DNA from: Clostridiales bacterium
Lineage (GTDB): Bacteria; Bacillota; Clostridia; Oscillospirales; Oscillospiraceae
NCBI GenBank assembly: GCA_004551945.1
Contig: SFPN01000005.1
Span: 10,450-74,449, forward strand
Direction of reading: 5' to 3'
Length of the DNA: 64,000 nt
In this document: in pieces, positions 1 to 8,882 of the stretch
How the letters are laid out: every line of letters begins with the position of its first letter
Numbering within the stretch: the first letter of the stretch is position 1
Notes under the pieces: generated by a model
What the model saw: only the letters and a program-made list of their open reading frames with translations
Told to the model about the DNA's origin: nothing
Database searches by the model: none
Translations under genes and position numbers: made by a program

Positions 1-763
1 CCCTGTACCGCTTGGAAAAGTCCACGTCGCTGCTCATCTCGTACACCCAGCGGATGCGGGAGTCCGGACCGGCCAGCTCGTCGGCAAATGCGTCCCGCTG
101 GCTCACCGCGGGCATGTCGCCCATGCAGAAATGGGTGATGTCCCCGATCTGGGCCAGCTGGACGATCTCCTTGGCCTTCAGGTCGTAGTTAATGAGCAGG
201 GCCAGAGCCCCCAGCTTCTGGATGGCGAAGAAGGTCATAATCCAGTTGGGGGAGTTTGCCCCGCACAGGGCCACATGGCTTCCCTTGCGCACCCCTAATT
301 TTTGCAGGTCCCGGGCAATGATCTGGGAGGTCTGCTCAATGTCCCGCCATGTGTACCGGCGGTCGGCCACCAGGAAGGTGGCGTTGGGGCACCGGTCCAT
401 CTTCTCCTGGAGCAGCTCCTGGAAGGACTGGTAGCGGTGCTGGGGCTGCTCGGTCCGGGGAAGGCGGGTCATGTCCAGCAGGTGGTCCAGGCCCGCGGAG
501 CGGACGGTCTCGTAGATGGCCTCGCTGGCGTGGATGATCTTCATGACCTTCTCCGGCCCCAGCCGCTTCCGGATCACCAGCAGCTCCCGCAGGCCGGCGG
601 CGGAGATATACACCACATCCCGGAAGTCGAACAGAATTTCCTGGATGGCGTCGTAATCCAGCGCCTGGGTTTTTTCGTGGAGAATGGGACAGGTGTGCGG
701 GTCAATCCGCCCCTCGATGGTAATGATGCACTGGCCCTGGTGCTGCTGAACGTGAAGTATCAT
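1..763 (-). CDS. STAS-domain / AMP-binding (acyl-CoA synthetase-like) fusion protein, 3' end outside window
   Basis: Not in ORF track. Manual translation from ATG at 763 (RBS AAAAGGGGG): MILHVQQHQGQCIITIEGRIDPHTCP...LFDFRDVVYISAAGLRELL (STAS), then RRYTWRDIEQ...LQKLGVRKGSHVALCGANSPNWIMTFFAIQKLGA (adenylate-forming N-terminus). Confidence 0.8.
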   Translation of the reverse strand, partial: MILHVQQHQGQCIITIEGRIDPHTCPILHEKTQALDYDAIQEILFDFRDVVYISAAGLRELLVIRKRLGPEKVMKIIHASEAIYETVRSAGLDHLLDMTRLPRTEQPQHRYQSFQELLQEKMDRCPNATFLVADRRYTWRDIEQTSQIIARDLQKLGVRKGSHVALCGANSPNWIMTFFAIQKLGALALLINYDLKAKEIVQLAQIGDITHFCMGDMPAVSQRDAFADELAGPDSRIRWVYEMSSDVDFSKRYR

Positions 764-819
764 GATGCGCCCCCCTTTTGGCAGTTGAATTTGCTTTCGC
801 ATTTTATTTTATCGTCAAT

Positions 820-848
820 ATGATACAATACCCTTTGGAAAATGTAAA
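820..848 (-). promoter_or_regulatory. sigma-A-like promoter of the STAS-ligase gene
   Basis: TTTACA-17 nt-TATCAT on - strand. Confidence 0.5.
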
Positions 849-919
849 GCAATTTTGTAATGCCTTCAAAAAAACATATTTCAAGGGAAAACAATCTCTT
901 TGGCCCTGCTTCCCCCATG

Positions 920-956
920 AAAAAAGCAAGGTATGACGTTGGTCATACCTTGCTTT
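920..956 (-). terminator. Intrinsic terminator after dnaG-rpoD-TSUP
   Basis: 15-bp stem AAAGCAAGGTATGAC/GTCATACCTTGCTTT with U-tract on - strand. Confidence 0.75.
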
Positions 957-957
957 G

Positions 958-1722
958 TTATCCGAAAAACTGAGACATAACTTTGACAAAAAAGATGGCC
1001 AGCACCACCAGAATGAGGGGCTTTACAAACTTCACCCCGCCATGGAAAAAGAAGCGGGTGCCTAGGTAGTTGCCCAGGATGCCGAAGCAGCCGGCCACCA
1101 GGCCCAGGGTCAGAATCACCTGCCCTCCCGCCAGAAAGACCGCCAGGGCGGACAGGTTGGTGGTCAGGTTAATGGCCTTTGTGATGCCGTTGGCCTTGGT
1201 GATCTCCATGTGGGCCAGGGCCGTAAGGGCCAGAATCAGGAAGGTGCCGGTGCCCGGGCCGTAAAAGCCGTCGTAGGCCCCGATAAACAGGGCGGCCAGG
1301 GCGCTCACCACCCAGGTGCGCCGGGGAGAGCAGGGCGGCCGTTCCTCCTGAGTGAGGGCCTTGCCCCGGAGGACATACAGGGCCACCAGGGGGAGGATCA
1401 CCAGCATCAGCAGGGTGAACACCTCCGCGTCCAGCTTCAGGGCCAGCTTGGCCCCCAGGGAGGAGCCCACAAAGGCCAGCGCCACGCACAGGGCCGCCTG
1501 CCGCCAGGGGATGAACCCCCGCCGGGCATAGCGGACGGTGGTGAGGGTGGTGCCCATGGAGGAGCTGAGCTTGTTGGTGGCGATGGACATATGGACAGGT
1601 ACGCCGGCGATGAGATAGGCAGGCAGGGAAATGAGGCCCCCTCCGCCGGCCACTGCATCCACAAAGCCCCCCAGAAACACCAGCGGGCACACAATAAGAA
1701 AGTGGAGCAGTGTCAGGGTCAT
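958..1722 (-). CDS. Sulfite exporter TauE/SafE (TSUP) family membrane protein
   Basis: GFVDAVAGGGGLISLP and GAYDGFYGPGTGTFL motifs, multiple TM helices. Confidence 0.9.
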   Translation of the reverse strand: MTLTLLHFLIVCPLVFLGGFVDAVAGGGGLISLPAYLIAGVPVHMSIATNKLSSSMGTTLTTVRYARRGFIPWRQAALCVALAFVGSSLGAKLALKLDAEVFTLLMLVILPLVALYVLRGKALTQEERPPCSPRRTWVVSALAALFIGAYDGFYGPGTGTFLILALTALAHMEITKANGITKAINLTTNLSALAVFLAGGQVILTLGLVAGCFGILGNYLGTRFFFHGGVKFVKPLILVVLAIFFVKVMSQFFG

Positions 1723-1728
1723 GTCTCT

Positions 1729-3042
1729 TTAGTTCAGGAAATCCTTCAGCTTCTTGGAGCGGCTGGGGTGGCGGAGCTTCCGCAGGGCCTTGGCCTCGAT
1801 CTGGCGGATACGCTCACGGGTGACGTTAAACTCCTTGCCCACCTCTTCCAGGGTGCGGGTGCGGCCGTCCTCAATGCCGAAGCGGAGCTTCAGCACCTTT
1901 TCCTCCCTGGGGGTGAGGGTGCTGAGCACCTCCACCAGCTGCTCCTTCAGCAGGGTGAAGGAGGCGGCCTCAGAGGGCTCAGAGGCGTCCTCGTCGGGGA
2001 TGAAGTCTCCCAGGTGGGAGTCCTCCTCCTCGCCGATGGGGGTCTCCAGGCTCACCGGCTCCTGGGCGATCTTCAGGATCTCCCGGACCTTCTCCACCGG
2101 CATGTTCATCTCCTCGGAGATCTCTTCGGGGGTGGGGTCGTGGCCCAGCTCCTGGAGGAGCTGACGGGAGACCCGGATGACCTTGTTGATGGTCTCCACC
2201 ATATGGACAGGAATGCGGATGGTGCGGGCCTGGTCAGCAATGGCCCGGGTGATGGCCTGGCGAATCCACCAGGTGGCGTAGGTGGAGAACTTATAGCCCT
2301 TGGTGTAGTCGAACTTCTCCACGGCCTTGATGAGGCCCAGGTTGCCCTCCTGAATCAGGTCCAGGAAGAGCATGCCCCGGCCCACATACCGCTTGGCGAT
2401 GGAGACCACCAGACGGAGGTTGGCCTCCGCCAGGTTCTGCTTGGCCCGCTCGCCGGCCTTCACCACAGACTCGATGGCCTTCCGGTCCTCGGGGGACAGC
2501 TCAATGCCGTCCTTCTCCATCTCCTCCAGCTGGGCCTTGGCCTCCTGGCCGGCCACCATGGCCTGAGCCAGGGCCACCTCCTGCTCGCTGGTGAGCAGGT
2601 CCACCTTGCCGATCTCCTTCAGGTACATCCGCACGGGGTCGTCGATGCCGAAGGAGTCCACCAGGGTGTTGGGGTCCACGATCTCCTCTTCGGGGATCTC
2701 CTCGATCTCCTCAATGGGGGGCATGGCGTCGGCGCTGATCTCGGGCAGGTAATCCTCCCCGGTGGTGTCAATGCCCAGGTTCTCCAGCACGTCATAGATC
2801 TTGTCCATCTGCTCGGAGTCCAGAGCGATCTCCTCCAGAACGTCCATGAGCTCGTTGGAGGACAGGCGGCCCTTCTTCTTTCCCTTTTCCAGCAGGTCCG
2901 CCAGCTTTTCCGCGCCGCTTGCGCCGGCCACGATCTTCATAATTTCCGCCTTGCCGGCCTGGATCTGCTCCTCGGTCACGTGGAGCATCTTTTCCTTATC
3001 CCGCTTGTTATCCGGTGCTTTCTTTTCGCTCATGGCATCCAT
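1729..3042 (-). CDS. rpoD: RNA polymerase primary sigma factor
   Basis: [73 protein letters not shown]; follows dnaG. Confidence 0.98.
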   Translation of the reverse strand: MDAMSEKKAPDNKRDKEKMLHVTEEQIQAGKAEIMKIVAGASGAEKLADLLEKGKKKGRLSSNELMDVLEEIALDSEQMDKIYDVLENLGIDTTGEDYLPEISADAMPPIEEIEEIPEEEIVDPNTLVDSFGIDDPVRMYLKEIGKVDLLTSEQEVALAQAMVAGQEAKAQLEEMEKDGIELSPEDRKAIESVVKAGERAKQNLAEANLRLVVSIAKRYVGRGMLFLDLIQEGNLGLIKAVEKFDYTKGYKFSTYATWWIRQAITRAIADQARTIRIPVHMVETINKVIRVSRQLLQELGHDPTPEEISEEMNMPVEKVREILKIAQEPVSLETPIGEEEDSHLGDFIPDEDASEPSEAASFTLLKEQLVEVLSTLTPREEKVLKLRFGIEDGRTRTLEEVGKEFNVTRERIRQIEAKALRKLRHPSRSKKLKDFLN

Positions 3043-3054
3043 CTCCTATACACG

Positions 3055-4797
3055 TCATAAACTTTTCTTTTTTCGGTAACTGTCCCGGGCAGCCAGGAGG
3101 GCGTCCTCACCGGTGTCCTCCCGCTTGGCCCGCTGGGTGTCAATCATGGCGCGGTAATCGGCCATGGCGTTGGTTCCGTTTTCCAGGGCCTCCGGCTGGC
3201 GGAGAATCTCAGCCAGCAGCTCGGCCTCCTCCCGCTCCAGCTCTCCCTCCAGCATCCCCAGCTGGAGAGGCCGTCCCGCCTGGAGGCGGCTGCGGAGAAC
3301 CTGGTAAATCTTCCCCAGAACCGGGGAGGAAAAATGCGCCGGCTCCAGCCCGGCGGTCTCCCGGGCCAGGGCGGGGTCCAGCATCAGCAGCCGGATCACC
3401 CCTTCCTCCGCCCGGGCAGAGCGGGGATCGCTGTACCGCAGCTGCCGGGCCCTGGGCTGGACCTGAGCCACCGGGGTCATGTCCCGGCGGGTCTGCTTCT
3501 TTTTTGCCCCCCGCAGGCGCTGGTTCCAGGCCCGCTGAATTTCCTGGAGCAGGGCGGCTTTGCCCACGCCGGTGAGCGCAGACAGCTGCCCGGCATAGAC
3601 CTCCCGCTCCACGGGGCTGTCCAGGGTGGAGAGCATCTCCGCCGCTGCCCGGGCAAACTCAGTCTTCTGGACGGGATCTTCCAGGTCATACTTGCTCTGC
3701 AGCTGGCGGAGGTTATAATCCACATAGTTTTCCGACTGGTCCAGCAGCCGGGCGAAGGCGTCCCGCCCGAAGGTGCGGATGAACTCGTCGGGGTCCTTGG
3801 CGCCGGTGACCCGCAGCACCCGGACCTTCAGGCCGGTTTTTTCCAGCAGGGGGATGGCCCGGTTGGCCGCCTGAATCCCCGCTGTGTCGGCGTCGTAACA
3901 GATGACCACCTCTTTGGTAAACCGGGACAGGAGCTTGGCGTGGTCAGCGGTGAGGGCGGTGCCCAGGCTGGCCACGGCGCAGTCGAACCCCGCCTGGTAG
4001 AGGGAAATGGTGTCCATATACCCTTCCGTAAGAACGATGCGGCCCAGCTTGGTGGTCTTGGCCAGGTTCAGGGCAAAGAGGTTGCGGCTTTTATTGAACA
4101 CGGGAGTGTCCGGGGAGTTTAAGTACTTGGGGGTGCCGTCCCCCAGCACCCGGCCGCCGAAGCCGATCACGTCTCCCCGCAGGTCGATGATGGGAAACAT
4201 CACCCGGTTCCGGAACCGGTCGTAAATGCCCCCCTTCTGGTTGCTCACCGCCAGACCCGCGTCCAGCAGGTCCCGCTTGTCAAAGCCCTTCTGGGCCATG
4301 GCCTTGATAAGGCCGTCCCACCCCTCCGGGGCGTACCCCAGGCCGAATCGGGTCATGATGCCCTTGGACAGGCCCCGGCCCCGCAGATAGTCCAGCCCCG
4401 GCTGGCCCTGGGGGGCATGAAGCTGGCTGTGAAAGTACCGGGCGGCCTCCTTGTTCAGGGCCAGCAGGCGGCCCCGGCGGCGGCGGCTGGACTCGTCCAG
4501 ATCCCCCTCGGGAAACTCCATCCCCGCCCGCTTGGCCAACAAGCGCAACGCGTCCACATAGGGCAGGTTTTCCAGCTCCATCACAAAGGAGATCACCCCG
4601 CCGCCCTTGCCGCAGCCGAAGCAGTGGTAAAGCTGCCGGTCGGGCAGCACGTGGAAGGAGGCGGTTTTCTCCCCGTGGAAGGGGCACAGGCCCCAGTAGC
4701 TTCCCCCCTTGGGGGTGAGGGTAACATAGTCGGAGACCACATCGACGATGTCGCTTCGAGCCACCAGCTCGTCAATGAACGCAGATGGGATCGCCAA
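3055..4797 (-). CDS. dnaG: DNA primase
   Basis: CPFHGEKTASF...CFGCG zinc finger, DRFRNRVMFPI, KYLNSPDT, Toprim EGYMD and YDADTAG. Confidence 0.97.
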   Translation of the reverse strand: MAIPSAFIDELVARSDIVDVVSDYVTLTPKGGSYWGLCPFHGEKTASFHVLPDRQLYHCFGCGKGGGVISFVMELENLPYVDALRLLAKRAGMEFPEGDLDESSRRRRGRLLALNKEAARYFHSQLHAPQGQPGLDYLRGRGLSKGIMTRFGLGYAPEGWDGLIKAMAQKGFDKRDLLDAGLAVSNQKGGIYDRFRNRVMFPIIDLRGDVIGFGGRVLGDGTPKYLNSPDTPVFNKSRNLFALNLAKTTKLGRIVLTEGYMDTISLYQAGFDCAVASLGTALTADHAKLLSRFTKEVVICYDADTAGIQAANRAIPLLEKTGLKVRVLRVTGAKDPDEFIRTFGRDAFARLLDQSENYVDYNLRQLQSKYDLEDPVQKTEFARAAAEMLSTLDSPVEREVYAGQLSALTGVGKAALLQEIQRAWNQRLRGAKKKQTRRDMTPVAQVQPRARQLRYSDPRSARAEEGVIRLLMLDPALARETAGLEPAHFSSPVLGKIYQVLRSRLQAGRPLQLGMLEGELEREEAELLAEILRQPEALENGTNAMADYRAMIDTQRAKREDTGEDALLAARDSYRKKKSL

Positions 4798-4815
4798 GAT
4801 GTCACACTCCTTTTC

Positions 4816-5820
4816 TCATTTTACCGACCAGGCCAGGGGGATAAAGGCCTCGCAGTATTTTTCCACCGCGTACTTGTCGGTCATGCCGGCGATGTAGTCG
4901 CAGACGGCCCGGTCCACCCCTTCCCGCATCCGGATGTCCTGGTAGTCCGGGGGAAGCTTGTCCGGGTCCTTCTGATAGTACTCAAACAGCCGGGCGATCA
5001 TGTCCTGGGCCTTGGATTCCTCCCCCTTGGCCCGGGGATTCCGGTAGACCGCCTCGAACATAAAGTTCCGCAGGCGGGTCATGGCGCTGCCGCAGGCGGG
5101 AGACTGGCAGATCTCCCTCTTCCCCTGGCTGGCCTCGATCACATCCTTCACCAGGGTGTTGATCCGCCCCCCGTGGTCAAAGCCCAGCACCTGGGAGATA
5201 TCCAGGGGGATGTCCAGGGGGTAGATGATCCCGCCCCGCATGGCGTCGTCAATGTCGTGGTTGATGTAGGCGATTTTGTCCGCCAGGCGGACGATCTGAC
5301 CCTCCAGGGTTTCCGCCCGGTCCGGCCCGGTGTGGCAGAGGATGCCCCGGCGGACCTCATAGCACAGGTTCAGGCCGTCGCCGCCGTTTTCCAGCCGGTC
5401 CACCACCCGCAGGGACTGCTCGTTATGGCGGAAGCCCCCCGCCATAATCTGGTTGAGCACCCGCTCCCCCGCGTGGCCGAAGGGGGTGTGGCCCAGGTCG
5501 TGACCCAGGGCGATGGCCTCGGTCAGGTCCTCGTTGAGGCTTAACCCCCGGGCAATGGTCCGGGAGATCCGGGCCACCTCCAGGGTGTGGGTCATGCGGG
5601 TGCGGTAATGGTCCCCTTCCGGCTGGAGAAAAACCTGGGTCTTGTGCATCAGCCGCCGGAAGGATTTGGAGTGAACGATCCGGTCCACGTCCCGCTGGTA
5701 GCAGGTGCGGATCTCGCAGGGCGTTATGGGACGCAGGCGGCCTTGGGAGGCCGACGAGAGCGATGCAAAGGGCGAAAGCGTCTGGCGCTCCCGCTCCTCG
5801 GTTTGTTCACGCAGGGTCAT
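4816..5820 (-). CDS. dgt: Deoxyguanosinetriphosphate triphosphohydrolase (HD family)
   Basis: FRRLMHKTQVF, RTRMTHTLEV, GHDLGHTPFGHAGE, ADKIAY, DYIAGMTD. Confidence 0.93.
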   Translation of the reverse strand: MTLREQTEERERQTLSPFASLSSASQGRLRPITPCEIRTCYQRDVDRIVHSKSFRRLMHKTQVFLQPEGDHYRTRMTHTLEVARISRTIARGLSLNEDLTEAIALGHDLGHTPFGHAGERVLNQIMAGGFRHNEQSLRVVDRLENGGDGLNLCYEVRRGILCHTGPDRAETLEGQIVRLADKIAYINHDIDDAMRGGIIYPLDIPLDISQVLGFDHGGRINTLVKDVIEASQGKREICQSPACGSAMTRLRNFMFEAVYRNPRAKGEESKAQDMIARLFEYYQKDPDKLPPDYQDIRMREGVDRAVCDYIAGMTDKYAVEKYCEAFIPLAWSVK

Positions 5821-5931
5821 GGGCGGTCCCTCCCCTTTCGATGGACAAAATATGTCTCTTCGTTTCTTATATACGAAAAGGCAGGCAGAATTCCTGCTGA
5901 AACCAAAAATTTTCTGACTTTTTTCTGTGGT

Positions 5932-6564
5932 TCACTTCTCCGCCGGGGCAGCCTGGAAGGTCTCCCCCAGCTTTTCCGCCGCGATCTGTCCGGCGGTGAG
6001 CTCGGTGATCCGCGCCTCATAGGCCGGCCAGTTCTCCGCCGGGAGCAGGGCGTTTACCCGCACGTCGGCGCCGTACTCAATTTCCCCCAGGACCCCCTGG
6101 GCGGCGGCCACCTCCAGCTTCATCCGCTCCAGCAGGTTGTAGGGGCACTGAACCGCCGTCCGGGCCCACTGGCGCACCACGGAAATCCCCGCCTCACTAA
6201 GCGCGTCCTTGGCGGACTTGGTATAGGCCCGCAGCAGACCGCCGGTACCCAGCAGAATGCCGCCGAAGTACCGGGTGACCACGCAGCAGACGTTCTCCAC
6301 CCCTTCCCGGCGAAAGACCTCCAGCATGGGCTGACCGGCGGTGCCCTGAGGCTCCCCGTCGTCGGAGTAGCGGGTGATGTTCCCCTCCCGGATCAGGTAG
6401 CACCAGCAATTGTGCCGGGCGTCGTAGTATTTGCTCTTCATCTGGGCGATCTTCTCCCGGGCCTCCTCCTCGGTCTCCACCCGCCACACGTGGCCGATGA
6501 ACCGGGAGCGCTTTTCGGTAAACTCCGTCTCGCTGTCCCGGGCGGGAACGTAATACTCTGCCAT
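5932..6564 (-). CDS. YigZ/IMPACT family protein
   Basis: EKRSRFIG, DARHNCW, SDDGEPQGTAG, VVTRYFGGILLG; start re-called at MAEYY (RBS GGAGG). Confidence 0.93.
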   Translation of the reverse strand: MAEYYVPARDSETEFTEKRSRFIGHVWRVETEEEAREKIAQMKSKYYDARHNCWCYLIREGNITRYSDDGEPQGTAGQPMLEVFRREGVENVCCVVTRYFGGILLGTGGLLRAYTKSAKDALSEAGISVVRQWARTAVQCPYNLLERMKLEVAAAQGVLGEIEYGADVRVNALLPAENWPAYEARITELTAGQIAAEKLGETFQAAPAEK

Positions 6565-6607
6565 GGGGGCTCCTCCGTTTCTATTTATAAAATGAGGGTC
6601 TCGGCGT

Positions 6608-7915
6608 TTAGTCTTCCCAGAACTCCTTGGGTGGCGTCCAGCCGTCAATGACGTACTCTTTTACCTGGCCGGCGGTCTTTTCCGCGCAGACGGCCACCAC
6701 CTGGATGGTCTCGCCGTACTCCACGCTCTCCACCTTGGCGTCCCGGTAGAGCATGTCCAGAATGCCCCCCTTGTCGTAGGGCAGGGACAGGGTGACCCGG
6801 TGAAAGCCCGTGTCCAGCCGCTTGCCGATCATGGCCCGCAGGTCATCCAGGCCCTCCCCGGTCTTGGCGGAGATGGAGACAATGTCCTCTCCGTGGGGGC
6901 GGATATCCCCCACGTAAATGTCCGACTTGTTGAACACGTCGATGCGGGGGGTGGCCTCCGCGCCCAGCTGGCGGATGAGCTTTTCCACCACCTCCGCCTG
7001 CTCCCGCCACTCGGGGTTGGAGGCGTCGATGACGTGAAGGATCAGGTCCGCGTAGGCCAGCTCCTCCAGGGTGGCCTTGAAGGCCTCCACCAGGTGGTGG
7101 GGGAGCTTGCGGATAAAGCCCACGGTGTCGGAGATGAGCACCGTGCAGGTGTCGGAAATTTCCAGGGTGCGGGTGGTGGTGTCCAGGGTGTCGAACAGCC
7201 GGTTCCGGGCGGGGATGCCCGCGTCGGTGAGGGCATTTAACAGGGTGGACTTGCCCGCGTTGGTGTAGCCCACGATGGCCACCACGGGGACCTCGTTCTT
7301 CTCCCGCCGGTCCCGCTGCACCGCCCGGATGCGGCGGACCTCCTCCAAATCCTCGGTGAGCTTGGCGATTTTCCGGCGGATGTGCCGCCGGTCGGTCTCC
7401 AGCTGGGTCTCGCCGGGGCCGCGGGTACCGATGGGGGATTTGCCGCCGGAGGCCGTCTGGCGGACCAGATGGCCCCACATGCCGGTGAGCCGGGGCAGCA
7501 GGTATTGATACTGGGCCAGCTCCACCTGGAGGCGGCCCTCCTTGGTGCGGGCCCGCTGGGCGAAAATGTCCAGGATCAGCCCCGCCCGGTCAATGACCTG
7601 CACGCCGATGTCCTCGGTGAGCACCCGCTGCTGGGAGGGAGACAGCTCATTGTCAAAGACCACCAGGTCCGCCCCCTGGGCGCTGACCAGGTCGGCGGTC
7701 TCCGCCACCTTGCCCTCCCCGATGAAGGTGCGGGCCTCGGGGGTGTCCCGGTTTTGCAGGATCATCCCCACGCACTCCCCCCCGGCGGTCTCCAGCAGGG
7801 CGGCCAGCTCCTCCAGGGAGGTTTCGGTGGCGTTGTCCTCCCTGGGCAGGCTGTTGGCGCTGAGGCCCACCAGGACGGCGCGGTTTCGTTTTTCTTCGGT
7901 ATGATGTTCGGTCAT
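6608..7915 (-). CDS. hflX: Ribosome-splitting GTPase HflX
   Basis: LILDIFAQRA, GPGETQLETDRR, GYTNAGKST, FDTLD, DTVGFI, NKSD. Confidence 0.96.
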   Translation of the reverse strand: MTEHHTEEKRNRAVLVGLSANSLPREDNATETSLEELAALLETAGGECVGMILQNRDTPEARTFIGEGKVAETADLVSAQGADLVVFDNELSPSQQRVLTEDIGVQVIDRAGLILDIFAQRARTKEGRLQVELAQYQYLLPRLTGMWGHLVRQTASGGKSPIGTRGPGETQLETDRRHIRRKIAKLTEDLEEVRRIRAVQRDRREKNEVPVVAIVGYTNAGKSTLLNALTDAGIPARNRLFDTLDTTTRTLEISDTCTVLISDTVGFIRKLPHHLVEAFKATLEELAYADLILHVIDASNPEWREQAEVVEKLIRQLGAEATPRIDVFNKSDIYVGDIRPHGEDIVSISAKTGEGLDDLRAMIGKRLDTGFHRVTLSLPYDKGGILDMLYRDAKVESVEYGETIQVVAVCAEKTAGQVKEYVIDGWTPPKEFWED

Positions 7916-7934
7916 AAAAACCTCCCGGGAATGG

Positions 7935-8435
7935 TTATTCCTTCACCAGAACCTGGGTGATCTCCCCGATATACATCCGGTGATAGTCGTGGTTTTCGTA
8001 GTGCTCCAGCCCTGCCGGGTCCATGTGGGCCGGGTCCAGGTCGTTCCAGTAGAGCTTGCGGCACACCAGCACCAGGTCGGCCTCCTGGATGTAAGGGGCG
8101 TTCTCCCCAGCCATGGCCACATGGAAGCCGCAGTGGGCAAACTTGTCCTCGTCCCGGCCGCTGACCCGGCCGCAGTAGGCCAGGGCCTTCCGCCAGGCGT
8201 CCCCAAAGAAGGAGAGGGTGAAGTGGTCCTGCTCCTCCAGAAATTCAAAGGTGTACCGCTGGGGGCGCACATAGATGGTGGCCACGCTCTTGTGCCACAG
8301 AACCCCCAGGCCGCCCCAGCTGGCGGTCATGGTGTTGCAGCGGTCCTGGGTGCCGGCGGTGATGAGGGTCCACCGGTCGTCAAAAAGAGAAAATACGTTT
8401 TCGCTTAGCTTCTTGGGGGCAATCTCCCGAAACAT
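7935..8435 (-). CDS. Flavin reductase-like (DIM6/NTAB) FMN-binding protein
   Basis: NTMTASWGG, YVRPQRYT, CGRVSGRDEDK, HRMYIGEI; start re-called at MFREI. Confidence 0.85.
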   Translation of the reverse strand: MFREIAPKKLSENVFSLFDDRWTLITAGTQDRCNTMTASWGGLGVLWHKSVATIYVRPQRYTFEFLEEQDHFTLSFFGDAWRKALAYCGRVSGRDEDKFAHCGFHVAMAGENAPYIQEADLVLVCRKLYWNDLDPAHMDPAGLEHYENHDYHRMYIGEITQVLVKE

Positions 8436-8511
8436 GGTACTCCTCCTGTCCTGATCAGTCTCGGTTCCAGTATATGCAGAAAAGGCGGGCAGGAACCCTG
8501 TCTTAAGATAC

Positions 8512-8541
8512 GCAAAAACCCGTGCCGGAAGCGGCACGGGT
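8512..8541 (-). terminator. Intrinsic terminator after rpmE
   Basis: ACCCGTGCCG/CGGCACGGGT stem plus U-tract on - strand. Confidence 0.7.
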
Positions 8542-8556
8542 CCAAAGCCAAATCTT

Positions 8557-8760
8557 TCAGTTTTCCAAACCGAACTTTTTGTTGAAGCGGCTGACGCGCC
8601 CGCCAGTATCCACCATCTTCTGCTTACCGGTGAAGAAGGGGTGACACTTGGAGCAAACTTCTACTCTGATGTCCTTCTTGGTAGATCTTGTCTCGATCAC
8701 GTTACCGCAAGCACATCTGATGGTAGCCTGCTCGTACTTGGGATGGATGCCTTCCTTCAT
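8557..8760 (-). CDS. rpmE: 50S ribosomal protein L31 (Zn-binding type)
   Basis: [33 protein letters not shown]. Confidence 0.98.
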   Translation of the reverse strand: MKEGIHPKYEQATIRCACGNVIETRSTKKDIRVEVCSKCHPFFTGKQKMVDTGGRVSRFNKKFGLEN

Positions 8761-8818
8761 GAGTGTTCACCTCTTTCTGATGTCAAAAAATAAGTGCGTC
8801 TCATTAAGCGCATGTCAT

Positions 8819-8847
8819 ATGATACCACTTTCCCGCAGAAAATGCAA
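8819..8847 (-). promoter_or_regulatory. sigma-A-like promoter of rpmE
   Basis: TTGCAT-17 nt-TATCAT with extended -10 TG. Confidence 0.55.
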
Positions 8848-8882
8848 CTGTTTTTTTCGCAATTTCGGCGAAAATTTTTGCT

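Noticed and set aside
1210..3060. 616-aa + strand ORF and similar long antisense ORFs (10860-12692, 19710-21923, 21829-23739, 48436-50349, 61773-63167)
   Set aside because: All lie opposite well-supported genes and show no family motifs
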